A stretch of DNA of 64,000 nt from the IMG/VR virus record IMGVR_UViG_3300002350_000001; one strand, given 5' to 3'. The notes below the pieces were generated by a model that was given only the letters and a program-made list of their open reading frames with translations, did not search any database and was not told the origin of the DNA. A program made the translations under genes and the position numbers. Within the stretch, counting starts at the first letter, position 1. The number at the start of each line of letters is the position of its first letter. Below, in pieces: positions 30,082 through 39,548 of the stretch. The DNA is from a virus.

Positions 30082-30807
30082 ATAGACCTTAGACTGTCTA
30101 AAAAATTTTTTATAAGAACTATAAAATACTGATCTTAAAAGACTTAAATCTTTTTTAGCTTTAATAATTGTTTTTTCATTATTTTCTGTATTCATTGTCC
30201 AGCTATCTCTTTTAAATGGAATGACTTGAACCATTGGAGTTCCTGCTGGTATTGTTCCTTCATAATTAATATCTTTTAACATAAAGGGAAAATTTATTGG
30301 TCCGTGATATTTGTCGGTATCTACTACGCCAGAAAATACAGTAAATGGTAGATCATGGTGTATTGGTGGTATAAAAAGACAAGAATACCCTGGCGGGGTT
30401 TCTATTATCCAATCGTTTACAAATTTTGGAATACCAGCTTTTGACCCTAGATGCAATGGATAAACTTCTGCCTGACCTCTTGGATGTATTTCAATTCCAG
30501 GTCCAGAAGGCCAGTAGTAGTGTGGAGCTATTTCTCCAGTATCTTCATTTTCTTTTTGTACTATATAAAAATCTGTTGGTGTTTTTAACATATAGCCAGA
30601 AGATATTGCATCAAATACTGGCATACAACGTTTTATTGTTGCAGTAGTTTCATTATGTACTGTTGCATCTTCAATTTTTGCATCTTCTACATATGCTTGA
30701 GTTTTTTTATACCATTCTGGTATATTTTTACTAGCTGGTTCTGGTGGATTGACATGGTTATTGCCATCAACATGTACAAAATTTATTTTTTTCATTCTAC
30801 CCCCCAA
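30076..30807 (-). CDS. Uncharacterised dUTPase-fold-like protein, paralog 1 of 5 (243 aa)
   Basis: IPEWYKK, TIKRCMP..D....GY, TPPGYS, SGVVDTDKYHGPINFPF, GTPMVQVIPFKRDSW. Confidence 0.65.
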   Translation of the reverse strand: MGGRMKKINFVHVDGNNHVNPPEPASKNIPEWYKKTQAYVEDAKIEDATVHNETTATIKRCMPVFDAISSGYMLKTPTDFYIVQKENEDTGEIAPHYYWPSGPGIEIHPRGQAEVYPLHLGSKAGIPKFVNDWIIETPPGYSCLFIPPIHHDLPFTVFSGVVDTDKYHGPINFPFMLKDINYEGTIPAGTPMVQVIPFKRDSWTMNTENNEKTIIKAKKDLSLLRSVFYSSYKKFFRQSKVYK

Positions 30808-30828
30808 AAAAAATATTATTGTTAAATA

Positions 30829-31173
30829 TTAAATTTGAACTGCAATCCAAGAGATTGTTGTTTCGTCCCATACAAATCTAATATTTGCTTGTGGATCATC
30901 TGTTGGTGGGGCAATTGGTGGCATCCAACCAGTTGCACCGTTTGGAAATTCTCCCCAAACCCAGGATTCAAATGGTTTTGGAGATTTAAATACTGAACCA
31001 TCATAAGATGCATCAACCATAACATGATGATTAAATCTATCTTCAACTAAAACATATAAATCTGATTCTTGAAGCTCTTTAACGTGATCTAAAAATGATT
31101 CGGATGGATCTTCAAACACAAGAATGTTTTTTACTATACCATCTTTTATAAAAGCATAAACTGTTTCAGCCAT
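30829..31173 (-). CDS. Small partner of the Gly-rich fibre gene (114 aa)
   Basis: YAFIKDGIVKNILV...PKPFESWVW...WMPPIAPP; directly downstream of the fibre gene. Confidence 0.6.
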   Translation of the reverse strand: MAETVYAFIKDGIVKNILVFEDPSESFLDHVKELQESDLYVLVEDRFNHHVMVDASYDGSVFKSPKPFESWVWGEFPNGATGWMPPIAPPTDDPQANIRFVWDETTISWIAVQI

Positions 31174-31185
31174 TTTTATTATCCT

Positions 31186-32514
31186 TTACTTTTCATAAAT
31201 AACAACTCGTCCAGTACCGCCAGATCCAGCTCCGTATGGTCCAAAATATTTGCTTCCATAATAGTTGCAGCCAAATCCACCAGCTCCTCCTCCGCCACCT
31301 CCTGGTGAGCCTCCTGAATTTCCAGAGCTTCCGTTGTTAGATTCACTGTCGCTTCCTCTACCACCGCTACCACCGCTTGGTGATCCTCCACCACCACCAG
31401 AACCACCGCTTCCTCCTCCAGCATATGGATAAAAGCTCCAGTGATTCCAACCATTTCCACCAGATCCACCTCCACCACCATATGTAACTGTTCCAGGTAG
31501 ATTTGTTCCGCTTAAAGTTATTGATGTTGCGGCTCCACCAGTTTGACCTGCAGATCCGTTTGAAGTAGTGTTATTATTTGCTCCAGAGCCACCACCTCCA
31601 ACAGAAGAATTTGCTGGACCAGAAGATGAATTTGCAATACCAGAAATAGATGAGGCTCCGCCATTACTTCCAACAGTGATTGTTAAATTTTGTCCGCCAG
31701 ATACTGGATAGTCTTTAAATGCACATGCACTACCACCAGCTCCTCCTCGTCCACCGTACCCAGGTGCCCATTGTCCCCATGGTCCACCATAGCCTTGAGC
31801 TCCTTGGCCATTGGTTCCACCAGCAACTAATATAGCAGCAATCTGTGTTTTACCAGAACTTACTGTGTGTGTTGTAGATGAGTTATATGTGATAGCAGAT
31901 CCATATTGTGGTGTATCTGTTGTAATTGAATTAGATGCTGATGAAGCAGGTGATGTTCCATTAGCATTTGTTGCTGTAACTGTAAATGTATATGAAGTTG
32001 CTCCAGTAAGACCGCTTACAGATATTGGACTTGATAAACCTGATCCACTACCACCAGATGGTGATGATGTGGCTGTAAATGCTGTAATGGCAGATCCGCC
32101 AGTTGCATTTGCAGTATATCCTACTGTTGCAGTATTTACACCAGTTTTTGTTGCAGAACCAATTGTTGGTGCTTGTGGAATAGTTGTAGCAGTAATGCTA
32201 TTAGATGCTGCAGAAGGGTTTCCAGTTCCAGCAGCATTTGTACCAGTTACAGTAAAGGTGTATGCTGTTGCAGACTGTAGACCTGTAACTGTTAAAGGAG
32301 AAGATGCCCCAGTTGCCGTGTATCCTCCTGGAGAGGATGTTACTGTGTAAGATGTAGCGGGTGCACCTGATGCACTTGGTGTAAATGTTACAGTGGCAGC
32401 ACCATTATTATAGGAACGACCTGTTCCTGCATCTGTTGCTGTACCAATTGTTGGTGGCTGTGGCTGCAAAAAGTTTTTGGTATTTTGCGATCCAGTAATT
32501 CCGATAATAGGCAT
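31186..32514 (-). CDS. Tail fibre/spike with two FN3-like domains and a glycine-rich C-terminus (442 aa)
   Basis: Two APTIGxAT...YTFTVTxTNAxGTxxxSxASNSIT repeats; long G-rich tract. Confidence 0.75.
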   Translation of the reverse strand: MPIIGITGSQNTKNFLQPQPPTIGTATDAGTGRSYNNGAATVTFTPSASGAPATSYTVTSSPGGYTATGASSPLTVTGLQSATAYTFTVTGTNAAGTGNPSAASNSITATTIPQAPTIGSATKTGVNTATVGYTANATGGSAITAFTATSSPSGGSGSGLSSPISVSGLTGATSYTFTVTATNANGTSPASSASNSITTDTPQYGSAITYNSSTTHTVSSGKTQIAAILVAGGTNGQGAQGYGGPWGQWAPGYGGRGGAGGSACAFKDYPVSGGQNLTITVGSNGGASSISGIANSSSGPANSSVGGGGSGANNNTTSNGSAGQTGGAATSITLSGTNLPGTVTYGGGGGSGGNGWNHWSFYPYAGGGSGGSGGGGGSPSGGSGGRGSDSESNNGSSGNSGGSPGGGGGGAGGFGCNYYGSKYFGPYGAGSGGTGRVVIYEK

Positions 32515-32551
32515 ATATGTCTCCTTTGTGAATATTATATCATGTATTTTA

Positions 32552-33334
32552 TTAGAAGGCTAGGTCGCCGTACAAAATAAATGATGTTGGTGTTATACAA
32601 ACTAGGGTAGCTGCTGAATATTGTGTTCTTAAATTTAAAGATGGTGTAGCATTTACAGTAACCCCAGAAGCGCCAACAACAGATACCTGACCTGATCCAG
32701 ACTGTGCGATATTAATTTGTTGTCCAGCAGTAAAGGTAGAGTCTGGCACTGTAACAGATATTGATGAACTATTGGTAAATCTAACAAGTTTGCTATTAGC
32801 ATCTGTAGCAACTAAAGTATATGAAGTTCCAGACTGATCATTTATTGTTAAAGCTTTATCTTCTTTTGTGTCTAATCCAGTTTTTAAAGCATTTGCTGTT
32901 GGAGCTAATACGGTTGATGTGCTAGCATATGTATCGTTAAGCTGAACAATACCTGCCCCTGTTGTAGACGCTGTTGGAAGAGCACTCCATTTAATTCCAA
33001 GAGTTTGTGAATTATCTGCTGTAAGAACGAAATTATTACTTCCAACGGAAAGTTTAGATGGGTTATCGGATGAAAGTCCAACTATTAAATCACCTTTAGC
33101 ATCAATGATAGCTTTAGAAATTGATCCTGAAGGGTCTAAATTTGTTATTTGATCTTGTAAATCATTTAATGTATAGGCAATAGACGGATTTATTAATTCT
33201 GCTGGGTCTTCATTTTCTGGATCATAAGCAAGAGATCCATAATGATAAAGTTTGAAGGCTGCCTGAATGTCTGCTGAGTCTGCGTACCCAGGTATTTCAG
33301 TGGGGTAAAGAAAACCGATAGATTCAGAAGCCAT
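32552..33334 (-). CDS. Tail fibre protein (260 aa)
   Basis: IIDAKGDLIVG, ASTTGAGIVQLND; C-terminal module shared with 23911..25428 (YTLVxxD...LRTQxSxATL...GDL). Confidence 0.7.
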   Translation of the reverse strand: MASESIGFLYPTEIPGYADSADIQAAFKLYHYGSLAYDPENEDPAELINPSIAYTLNDLQDQITNLDPSGSISKAIIDAKGDLIVGLSSDNPSKLSVGSNNFVLTADNSQTLGIKWSALPTASTTGAGIVQLNDTYASTSTVLAPTANALKTGLDTKEDKALTINDQSGTSYTLVATDANSKLVRFTNSSSISVTVPDSTFTAGQQINIAQSGSGQVSVVGASGVTVNATPSLNLRTQYSAATLVCITPTSFILYGDLAF

Positions 33335-33352
33335 TGCATATCACCTTTGTTA

Positions 33353-33949
33353 TTATAGCACAATCGTTATAAATGTATGAGCAGAAAACGGTATTGGGGA
33401 AACACCGCTATCAAGGTTTGACCAAGAAGATCCAGAGTATTCTGCTGCCTTAAAATTAATAACTAAGTCTGTGCCAGATATGGCTACAGATGAAATTGAA
33501 GATGCAATTGGATTATTGTTTACCAAGCTATATTGTATAGAAAAGTTTGAAGCCACAAGTGATGCAGCTGGAATAGATGTAATGTTAGAAATAGGAATTT
33601 CTATAGTTCCATCCCCATCAGTAAAATATACGTCGTGTATATCTGAATATATGGTAGGATTTATTTTTATTAATTTAAACCAAGCATTTGAGCTACCGCC
33701 TGCACCAGTTCTATATTGATATAAGTAAGAGTAGTCTGATCCAGGTGCTGCATTTATATAGTAATCATTTATGTATAAATCTTGTCCAAAAATTTGACCT
33801 CCAGAAGTAAAGTCTGCTGGCTCTCCAATTCCAGAAAATATCTTGCTTCCTCTTTGTCCAGTTGGACCGTAATCTAGCAAAAGCTCTATTGTATCTGGAG
33901 GAGCAAGAACTGTTAAGTCATCAGTAGATATTACAACTTCAGTTGTCAT
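33353..33949 (-). CDS. Tail-associated protein (198 aa)
   Basis: GPTGQRGSKIFSGIGEP and DLYIND.Y motifs; lies within the fibre cluster. Confidence 0.55.
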   Translation of the reverse strand: MTTEVVISTDDLTVLAPPDTIELLLDYGPTGQRGSKIFSGIGEPADFTSGGQIFGQDLYINDYYINAAPGSDYSYLYQYRTGAGGSSNAWFKLIKINPTIYSDIHDVYFTDGDGTIEIPISNITSIPAASLVASNFSIQYSLVNNNPIASSISSVAISGTDLVINFKAAEYSGSSWSNLDSGVSPIPFSAHTFITIVL

Positions 33950-34305
33950 GCTGGAGTGGCTCCGCTTACGTGGTCTGTTACAGATATTGTTCCAGTAAGC
34001 AAGGTATACACAACACCTGCTCCATTATCTATTTGAATATCATAAACATATGACGTTCCAGCATTTAAAAGTAATCCCTCTGAAGGCTGTATAGTACAAG
34101 TTACAACATTTTCTCCTATATTTACAACAGCATCACAATCTACCTGTGTGGCCCCGTCACCACGTGAAGTTGCTACTGTAAAAAGAGCATTATTTTCATA
34201 ATCTTCTAAATCAAAAACACTACCATCAGAATTTTTTGGACGGATTTTAAATTGATACGTGTCACCACGATAATAACTAAAATTATATGTACCTGGAAAT
34301 GCCAT
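33946..34305 (-). CDS. BppU_N-like adaptor (119 aa)
   Basis: YNFSYYRGDTYQFKI...YVYDIQI.....VYTLLTGTISVTDHV. Confidence 0.55.
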   Translation of the reverse strand: MAFPGTYNFSYYRGDTYQFKIRPKNSDGSVFDLEDYENNALFTVATSRGDGATQVDCDAVVNIGENVVTCTIQPSEGLLLNAGTSYVYDIQIDNGAGVVYTLLTGTISVTDHVSGATPA

Positions 34306-34329
34306 TATTCCTCCTGCTTTATTATACCA

Positions 34330-35049
34330 TTATGAAACTGATATATATATTGATTTTACTCTAAATATAGCGTCATGATCAGTTCTTAGTTGTGGCATAC
34401 CGCCAGCTGCCTGGATGCCCTTGTTTTCCACAAAAATAGTATGCTCCATAGATAAGTCATATACGAATTGATATTTTAAAGAACCCACATATGTTGTTGG
34501 ATGGTCATCTGCTCCAGATAGGTGTGTTCTAAACCAAACCTCAGTATTATTAGTAAAAGTCTCTAATTCTATATCATAACGAATTGTTACAATTGAACCT
34601 ATTTTTAATGTTTTAAAGTTTATCTTTTGTATTTCACTACTCCACAAAGATACTGATTCTTTTGGCAAATAAAGTTCATTAGTAAAAGATCCTTTATTAT
34701 CTACCCCAAATCTTACCCATCCATCATTTCCTCTATCTGCGCCAGATCTAATATCTTTTCTTTCTAGATTATCGTATCTTGCCCATCCTATATTTTGTTC
34801 TGAAGGAGATAGTATATTTTTGCCATCTTTTCCATTAATACCGTCTCTACCAGCTGGGCCTGGATCACCTTTTGCACCTTGTTGCCCCTGTGGTCCAGAA
34901 TCTCCTTTTGGTCCTTTTGGTCCAGGCTCTCCCTGTGGTCCAGGAACTGCGATATACATTGCAGGATCAACAATAAGCGAATTATCTACGTTGTCTGAAT
35001 ATTTTTTCTTTTTTGAAGCGGCATTTGGAAAGTCCATGCTTTTAGCCAT
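34330..35049 (-). CDS. Collagen-like repeat protein (239 aa)
   Basis: About 13 G-X-Y triplets (GPQGEPGPKGPKGDSGPQGQQGAKGDPGPAGRDGINGKDG). Confidence 0.75.
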   Translation of the reverse strand: MAKSMDFPNAASKKKKYSDNVDNSLIVDPAMYIAVPGPQGEPGPKGPKGDSGPQGQQGAKGDPGPAGRDGINGKDGKNILSPSEQNIGWARYDNLERKDIRSGADRGNDGWVRFGVDNKGSFTNELYLPKESVSLWSSEIQKINFKTLKIGSIVTIRYDIELETFTNNTEVWFRTHLSGADDHPTTYVGSLKYQFVYDLSMEHTIFVENKGIQAAGGMPQLRTDHDAIFRVKSIYISVS

Positions 35050-35146
35050 ACAGACTCCTACTACTTTTTAACTTTAAATACTTTATTATTTATTTTAATA
35101 ACTGGTGGAAATTTATCTTTAACTACTGTAACTTTGACTACTGGCA

Positions 35147-35560
35147 TTATAGGCTGCCTCCTGGAGTAACATCACCAAGAACGCAGATAGTTCCTATAAC
35201 TGGTGTCCAAGTTGTACTTGGCTCAGTAGCTCCACTAACTGTAGCTCCTGGTATCACTACCTGTAAATCAAAAGGTAGCTCTGCAACAACTGTTGTATAT
35301 TTGCTTCCCCAGTATTCAGTTATTGTTGAGGGAATTTGTATTTCAGCATACCCATCTCCAGATACTACTGGTAGATCGTCTAAGACCTGTCCGTTAGCAT
35401 CGTATGATGTTGCGGTATATCCCCAACCATCGGTATCAAAATATGTAGACTCATCATCTTCAAAAAATTCTATCTTTAAAGTAGCGTCATCGCCACGTAC
35501 AACAGTCCATTGAATGTAAGCTGGACTTGCTCCATGTTTTTCGATTGTTGGGGTGCACAT
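35147..35560 (-). CDS. BppU_N-like adaptor (137 aa)
   Basis: PAYIQWTVVRGDDATLKI...LPFDLQV...WTPVIGTI.V.GDVT; leaderless promoter. Confidence 0.55.
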   Translation of the reverse strand: MCTPTIEKHGASPAYIQWTVVRGDDATLKIEFFEDDESTYFDTDGWGYTATSYDANGQVLDDLPVVSGDGYAEIQIPSTITEYWGSKYTTVVAELPFDLQVVIPGATVSGATEPSTTWTPVIGTICVLGDVTPGGSL

Positions 35561-35579
35561 AATGAAATTATACCATTAA

Positions 35580-35640
35580 ATAAGGCTGAACCCGCTAGGG
35601 GCAGTGGGGGTGGGTAGAGAGCAACCTAGCGGGTCAGCAT
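35580..35640 (-). ncRNA. Candidate 60-nt hairpin small RNA with a C-rich loop
   Basis: TGTTATAAT promoter at 35645-35653; 14-bp stem GCTGA-CCCGCTAGG/CCTAGCGGG-T-TCAGC; loop includes CTCTCTACCCACCCCCACTGCC; no ORF. Confidence 0.5.
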
Positions 35641-35848
35641 ATAGATTATAACATTTGTTTATTAAAAAACGGACATTTTATATCAAACCAGACAGTGTTA
35701 TTAAAAGTTATAAAAGAGTTATAAAGTAAAAGCGGTATAAAGTTGAAAAAGCCAGAGAACACGTGTATACTTTAAATATATATAAAAGAAAAGAATATCT
35801 TAATAAATTTAATATCTTTTATATATTATATATAGTAAATAATAAAAA

Positions 35849-36073
35849 TTACTTATTATGATTTTCTAGATGGGTAATCATCATATCAAACATTTTATCC
35901 ATTTTATCTTCAAGCCGTGTTACTTGATCTTTCATTGAAGATCCACTATTTGGCTTTAATTCAGAAATAATTTGTTCAACGTATTTTATCACTATCCATC
36001 TCCCTATAACTCCGACAGCTCCAAGTATGGATATAATCGTTAAAACAAATCCTGCCCAATCTTGTGCTGACAT
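35849..36073 (-). CDS. Small membrane protein, holin-like (74 aa)
   Basis: One N-terminal TM helix then ELKPNSGSSMKDQ coil; leaderless promoter. Confidence 0.55.
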   Translation of the reverse strand: MSAQDWAGFVLTIISILGAVGVIGRWIVIKYVEQIISELKPNSGSSMKDQVTRLEDKMDKMFDMMITHLENHNK

Positions 36074-36106
36074 AAAACAAATTATATCATTATTTGAAAC
36101 AAAATA

Positions 36107-36679
36107 TTAGCCAACTTGGTTAATTGTAACAATGGCCGAAGGAATTGCTGGTCCACCCATAGACCCAGTATTATACTCCACTACAATATTTAAATTATCG
36201 GTAGCCCAATATAATTCTAAATAATCTCCAACATTCATTTGTTGAAAAAAGTTCCATGCAGCAACAATATATGGACTATTAGTATTAACCGCCACACGTG
36301 TATTAGTATCTGGAACTGCTATTCCATTTTTTGTAAGCCAAATTTCAGCAGTTGTTCCATTTCCACCACCGCCACGATTATGTAACTGAAGAGAAAATGC
36401 AAGATTATATATTCCAGCATTTGCTGCAACTATTCTTGTATTACCACTTCTAGAAAAACCACTAACAATATCTTGTTGTCTAATTAAAACTGCTTGACCA
36501 ACTGAAGCAATTGCTGCTATTTGATCTCCTGTATCATACCAAGATCCATAAGATCCAAATCCTCCAGCTGTTCCTGGATTACCTTGTGGACCTTGCGGAC
36601 CAGTTTCTCCTTGAGGACCTTGTGGGCCAGTCGGACCTGGTATTGAAGCAGCGTCTGGTGGTGTATAGAAACGTGCCAT
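36107..36679 (-). CDS. Collagen-like protein with C-terminal beta-sandwich (190 aa)
   Basis: GPTGPQGPQGETGPQGPQGNPG followed by a C1q/BclA-like strand pattern (AGIYNLAFSLQL...GDYLELYW). Confidence 0.7.
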   Translation of the reverse strand: MARFYTPPDAASIPGPTGPQGPQGETGPQGPQGNPGTAGGFGSYGSWYDTGDQIAAIASVGQAVLIRQQDIVSGFSRSGNTRIVAANAGIYNLAFSLQLHNRGGGGNGTTAEIWLTKNGIAVPDTNTRVAVNTNSPYIVAAWNFFQQMNVGDYLELYWATDNLNIVVEYNTGSMGGPAIPSAIVTINQVG

Positions 36680-36960
36680 TATGATCCTTGTTCAAGCGCT
36701 GTACTAAGTACTGCTACGTTAAGCCCATTCGTACTTGAAATAGCATACATAGAATCTTTTCCATTTAGTTCAATTGAAATTGCATGGCTTGGGTCAATTC
36801 TAAATCCATAATTTGAGGATGTTAAATTCTCGCCGCCAATATAGATATATCCTTCGGAATTTACATTTTGCATAGTAAGATCCACGCCTGAGTGAGTTCC
36901 TGGCGGGCTCAAAAGAACAGGAGATGATGTAGTTAATGTCACAATTTTATGTGCTGTCAT
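36679..36960 (-). CDS. Hypothetical virion-associated protein (93 aa)
   Basis: Leaderless promoter places the start at 36960 (MTAHKIV); track start 37050 is probably an over-extension. Confidence 0.6.
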   Translation of the reverse strand: MTAHKIVTLTTSSPVLLSPPGTHSGVDLTMQNVNSEGYIYIGGENLTSSNYGFRIDPSHAISIELNGKDSMYAISSTNGLNVAVLSTALEQGS

Positions 36961-37102
36961 ATAGGTATTATAACAGAAAATACGACGGTATAAAGCGACG
37001 CCGAAAATAGAGATATAAACCCCTCTATAGACAATACATGAATGAAACATTCACTATGTCTGGATATTAGTTAATATCTTCTTATAGGCTATAATCATAT
37101 AT

Positions 37103-37303
37103 ATGTCAGATGATGTAAAACCATGGGATTTATTAAATCCTAATAAACCTAGAAGCTCAGAAGAATTGGCTGAATACCGTTTAGACATTTGTAAGGCATG
37201 TCCTGCATATCGTCCTAAAACCAATACATGCCGCAAATGCGGATGTTTCATGAAGCTTAAGACATCTTTGCAGGATGCCAAATGTCCTATCGGTAAATGG
37301 TGA
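37103..37303 (+). CDS. Small Cys-rich Zn-binding protein (66 aa)
   Basis: RLDICKAC...TCRKCGCFM.LKT....KCPIGKW. Confidence 0.75.
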   Translation: MSDDVKPWDLLNPNKPRSSEELAEYRLDICKACPAYRPKTNTCRKCGCFMKLKTSLQDAKCPIGKW

Positions 37304-37939
37304 TTACAAGACTTTTACAAGTACTTGCTGTCTATTCAATCCCATATACTTATATTCAATATTATGTTCTTGAACAAACTCTTTCCATGCTTTAAATTGA
37401 TGTTCTCTCCAATTTGGATACCCGAAATATTCACCAAATAAAATAACAGTTCCAGAATTAATTCGCTCTGGCCCTGATGCATTAAGAATAGCACTTGTTG
37501 ATTCATAGGTATCAGAATCTATATGTAGATATGCAAATTCCCCTGGATTTTCTTCTAGCCATCCAGGAAGAGATTCATCAAACCATCCTTTTACAAAAGT
37601 TACATTTGGCTCTAGGTGTTCAATTTTATCTACCGCAAATGATCCTGCCTGCCATTCATAACCTTCCCAGTCTACTTTTAAACCTTCCATTGAATCAAAG
37701 GCGTATACAGTTTTATCTGGGACCTTCTTTGAAATATAGTTAACAGAGTTTCCTTGCCATACGCCAAATTCTGCAATGTGTCCTTCTTTAGAAATTATCT
37801 CTAGTGAATAGTCCCACATTCTTTGCTTGCTTTCATCAAACATTATTATGGCTCTTGGCATTTTTTCTTTTGCATAGTTTGCAGAGTCAATTAAAGACTC
37901 TTCAAATAGTACATGCGCTACTCGTCTCATAATAAACAT
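37304..37939 (-). CDS. Class I SAM-dependent methyltransferase, TylF/MycF-like (211 aa)
   Basis: AEFGVWQGNS, YAFDSMEGL, VKGWFDESL, LHIDSDTYES. GEY replaces the usual DEY. Confidence 0.8.
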   Translation of the reverse strand: MFIMRRVAHVLFEESLIDSANYAKEKMPRAIIMFDESKQRMWDYSLEIISKEGHIAEFGVWQGNSVNYISKKVPDKTVYAFDSMEGLKVDWEGYEWQAGSFAVDKIEHLEPNVTFVKGWFDESLPGWLEENPGEFAYLHIDSDTYESTSAILNASGPERINSGTVILFGEYFGYPNWREHQFKAWKEFVQEHNIEYKYMGLNRQQVLVKVL

Positions 37940-37969
37940 ATATTCTCCTTTTTTAAAATTATATCATAT

Positions 37970-38698
37970 TTATGGTTTCTGATGATCTGGAAAGTCATTT
38001 CCATACACATCCTTGCCTAAAAAATAAAAGCGATTTACATGATTTTTTAATGTTGGCTCTACATCTTTTCTAAAATTACTAAAGTCTTTTATAGACTGTT
38101 TTTCCTCATCAACCGTGTTTTTATCAAAAATATCACTAGCATTTTTTAAATCAAAGCTATCTGGAAAATATCTTTGAACAGGCATTATCGCAGCAATCGG
38201 TGCACCCTTTTTATATTTAACAGTTAGGTCTGGTATCTGTACCTTTATATTAATAGTAAAGTTATGTCTTAGGTTATCTGTTTCTATTGATCCAGACATT
38301 ACCGTTGAATTTGGAATTATATAGTTTGGTGGATTTATTGTCATTAGATTGATACCAGGAGGTGTTCTTAAGACAAATGGTAGGCCTACTGTAAATATAC
38401 CGCTTCCAAAATGAGAATCAACACTTATCTTGCTGTTGTCGCTATATCCATCTCTTTCTATGACTAAATCTTCTATTGAGTCCCCACCATTCCATGTTAC
38501 AGAAAAATCGTAATCGACTGCAACCAGAAAACCGTATTGATTTGCTATAGTTAAAGGAAGACATCTATAGAAGTGTGGTGTAAACCAAGATCTTTTCTTG
38601 TCTGGTTTAAAGATAATATCGCTATAGTCAACATTATCACCTTGATTTGGTATCAAAGCTATAGTATTGTCTGGAACTTTTTTATTTTTATTTATCAT
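37970..38698 (-). CDS. Uncharacterised dUTPase-fold-like protein, DUF6065-like, paralog 2 of 5
   Basis: FYRCLPLTIANQYGF, LRTPPG, MSGSIETD, KKGAPIAAIMP. Confidence 0.6.
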   Translation of the reverse strand: MINKNKKVPDNTIALIPNQGDNVDYSDIIFKPDKKRSWFTPHFYRCLPLTIANQYGFLVAVDYDFSVTWNGGDSIEDLVIERDGYSDNSKISVDSHFGSGIFTVGLPFVLRTPPGINLMTINPPNYIIPNSTVMSGSIETDNLRHNFTINIKVQIPDLTVKYKKGAPIAAIMPVQRYFPDSFDLKNASDIFDKNTVDEEKQSIKDFSNFRKDVEPTLKNHVNRFYFLGKDVYGNDFPDHQKP

Positions 38699-38741
38699 AG
38701 TACCCTTCAAAAAATTATATCATATGATGTATAATCTATAT

Positions 38742-39548
38742 GTGGGTAAACAATATTTCTTCTTAGCTGGCTTGTTTCGTTCAGGTAATACTTTGTTGTC
38801 TAGTATATTAAATCAAAATCCTAATATATATAGCAGCCCGATTAGTGTTGTTTCAGAAATACTTTGGCAAACGCACCTTATCAAAAATTCACAACATTAT
38901 AAAATGAACAAAGATAAAAGCCAGCTTGACAACTTTGCTAGATCAGTTATGGATGTATATTATAAAGATATAGATAAACCAATAATAATTGATAGAGAAA
39001 AGGGTTGGGCTACCCCGCCAAATTTATCTTTAATAAAAAAATATATAACGCCTACACCTAAAATAATTTATACTACTAGGCCAACGCTTGAAGTGATTGC
39101 ATCTTTAATTAAGACTGGGCGTGATGTTTATCTTGATTCAATGCATAGCTCTAACTATATATATAAAAACTATTTATCAGAAAACGATAATTTAGCAGAT
39201 TTTATAATGTCAAATGAAGGAGTTATGAATAATGCATTTAGTGCAATTAATTCAATAAATGACCCAGAAAATGCTGGTGTGTTTTATGTGGTTGATTACC
39301 ATGATTTAGTTAATACCCCCGAAAAAGTTATTGATGGTTTATATGATTTTTTAGAAATTGAAAAATTTAATCATGATTTTAATAATATAAAAACCTTAGA
39401 AGTTTATGATGACTCTAGTGCAGGACTTTACGAAAACTTACATAAGATTAGAGAATTGCTGTCGTTAAGCGATACGGATCCACAAAGTTATTTTTCAGAA
39501 TATATAATTAATAAATATAAAAACTATAATCTATCTACTTTTATTTAA
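38742..39548 (+). CDS. Sulfotransferase family protein (about 268 aa)
   Basis: PAPS-loop FFLAGLFRSGNTLLSSILNQNP; KIIYTTRP..EVIASL; YHDLVNTPE. TATAAT plus 6 nt supports the GTG start at 38742. Confidence 0.8.
   Translation: MGKQYFFLAGLFRSGNTLLSSILNQNPNIYSSPISVVSEILWQTHLIKNSQHYKMNKDKSQLDNFARSVMDVYYKDIDKPIIIDREKGWATPPNLSLIKKYITPTPKIIYTTRPTLEVIASLIKTGRDVYLDSMHSSNYIYKNYLSENDNLADFIMSNEGVMNNAFSAINSINDPENAGVFYVVDYHDLVNTPEKVIDGLYDFLEIEKFNHDFNNIKTLEVYDDSSAGLYENLHKIRELLSLSDTDPQSYFSEYIINKYKNYNLSTFI

Noticed and set aside
26521-33719. Plus-strand ORFs at 26521, 26737, 27430, 28830, 31811 and 33471
   Set aside because: Antisense to fibre genes whose Thr/Gly/Val codons rarely give stops on the reverse strand.
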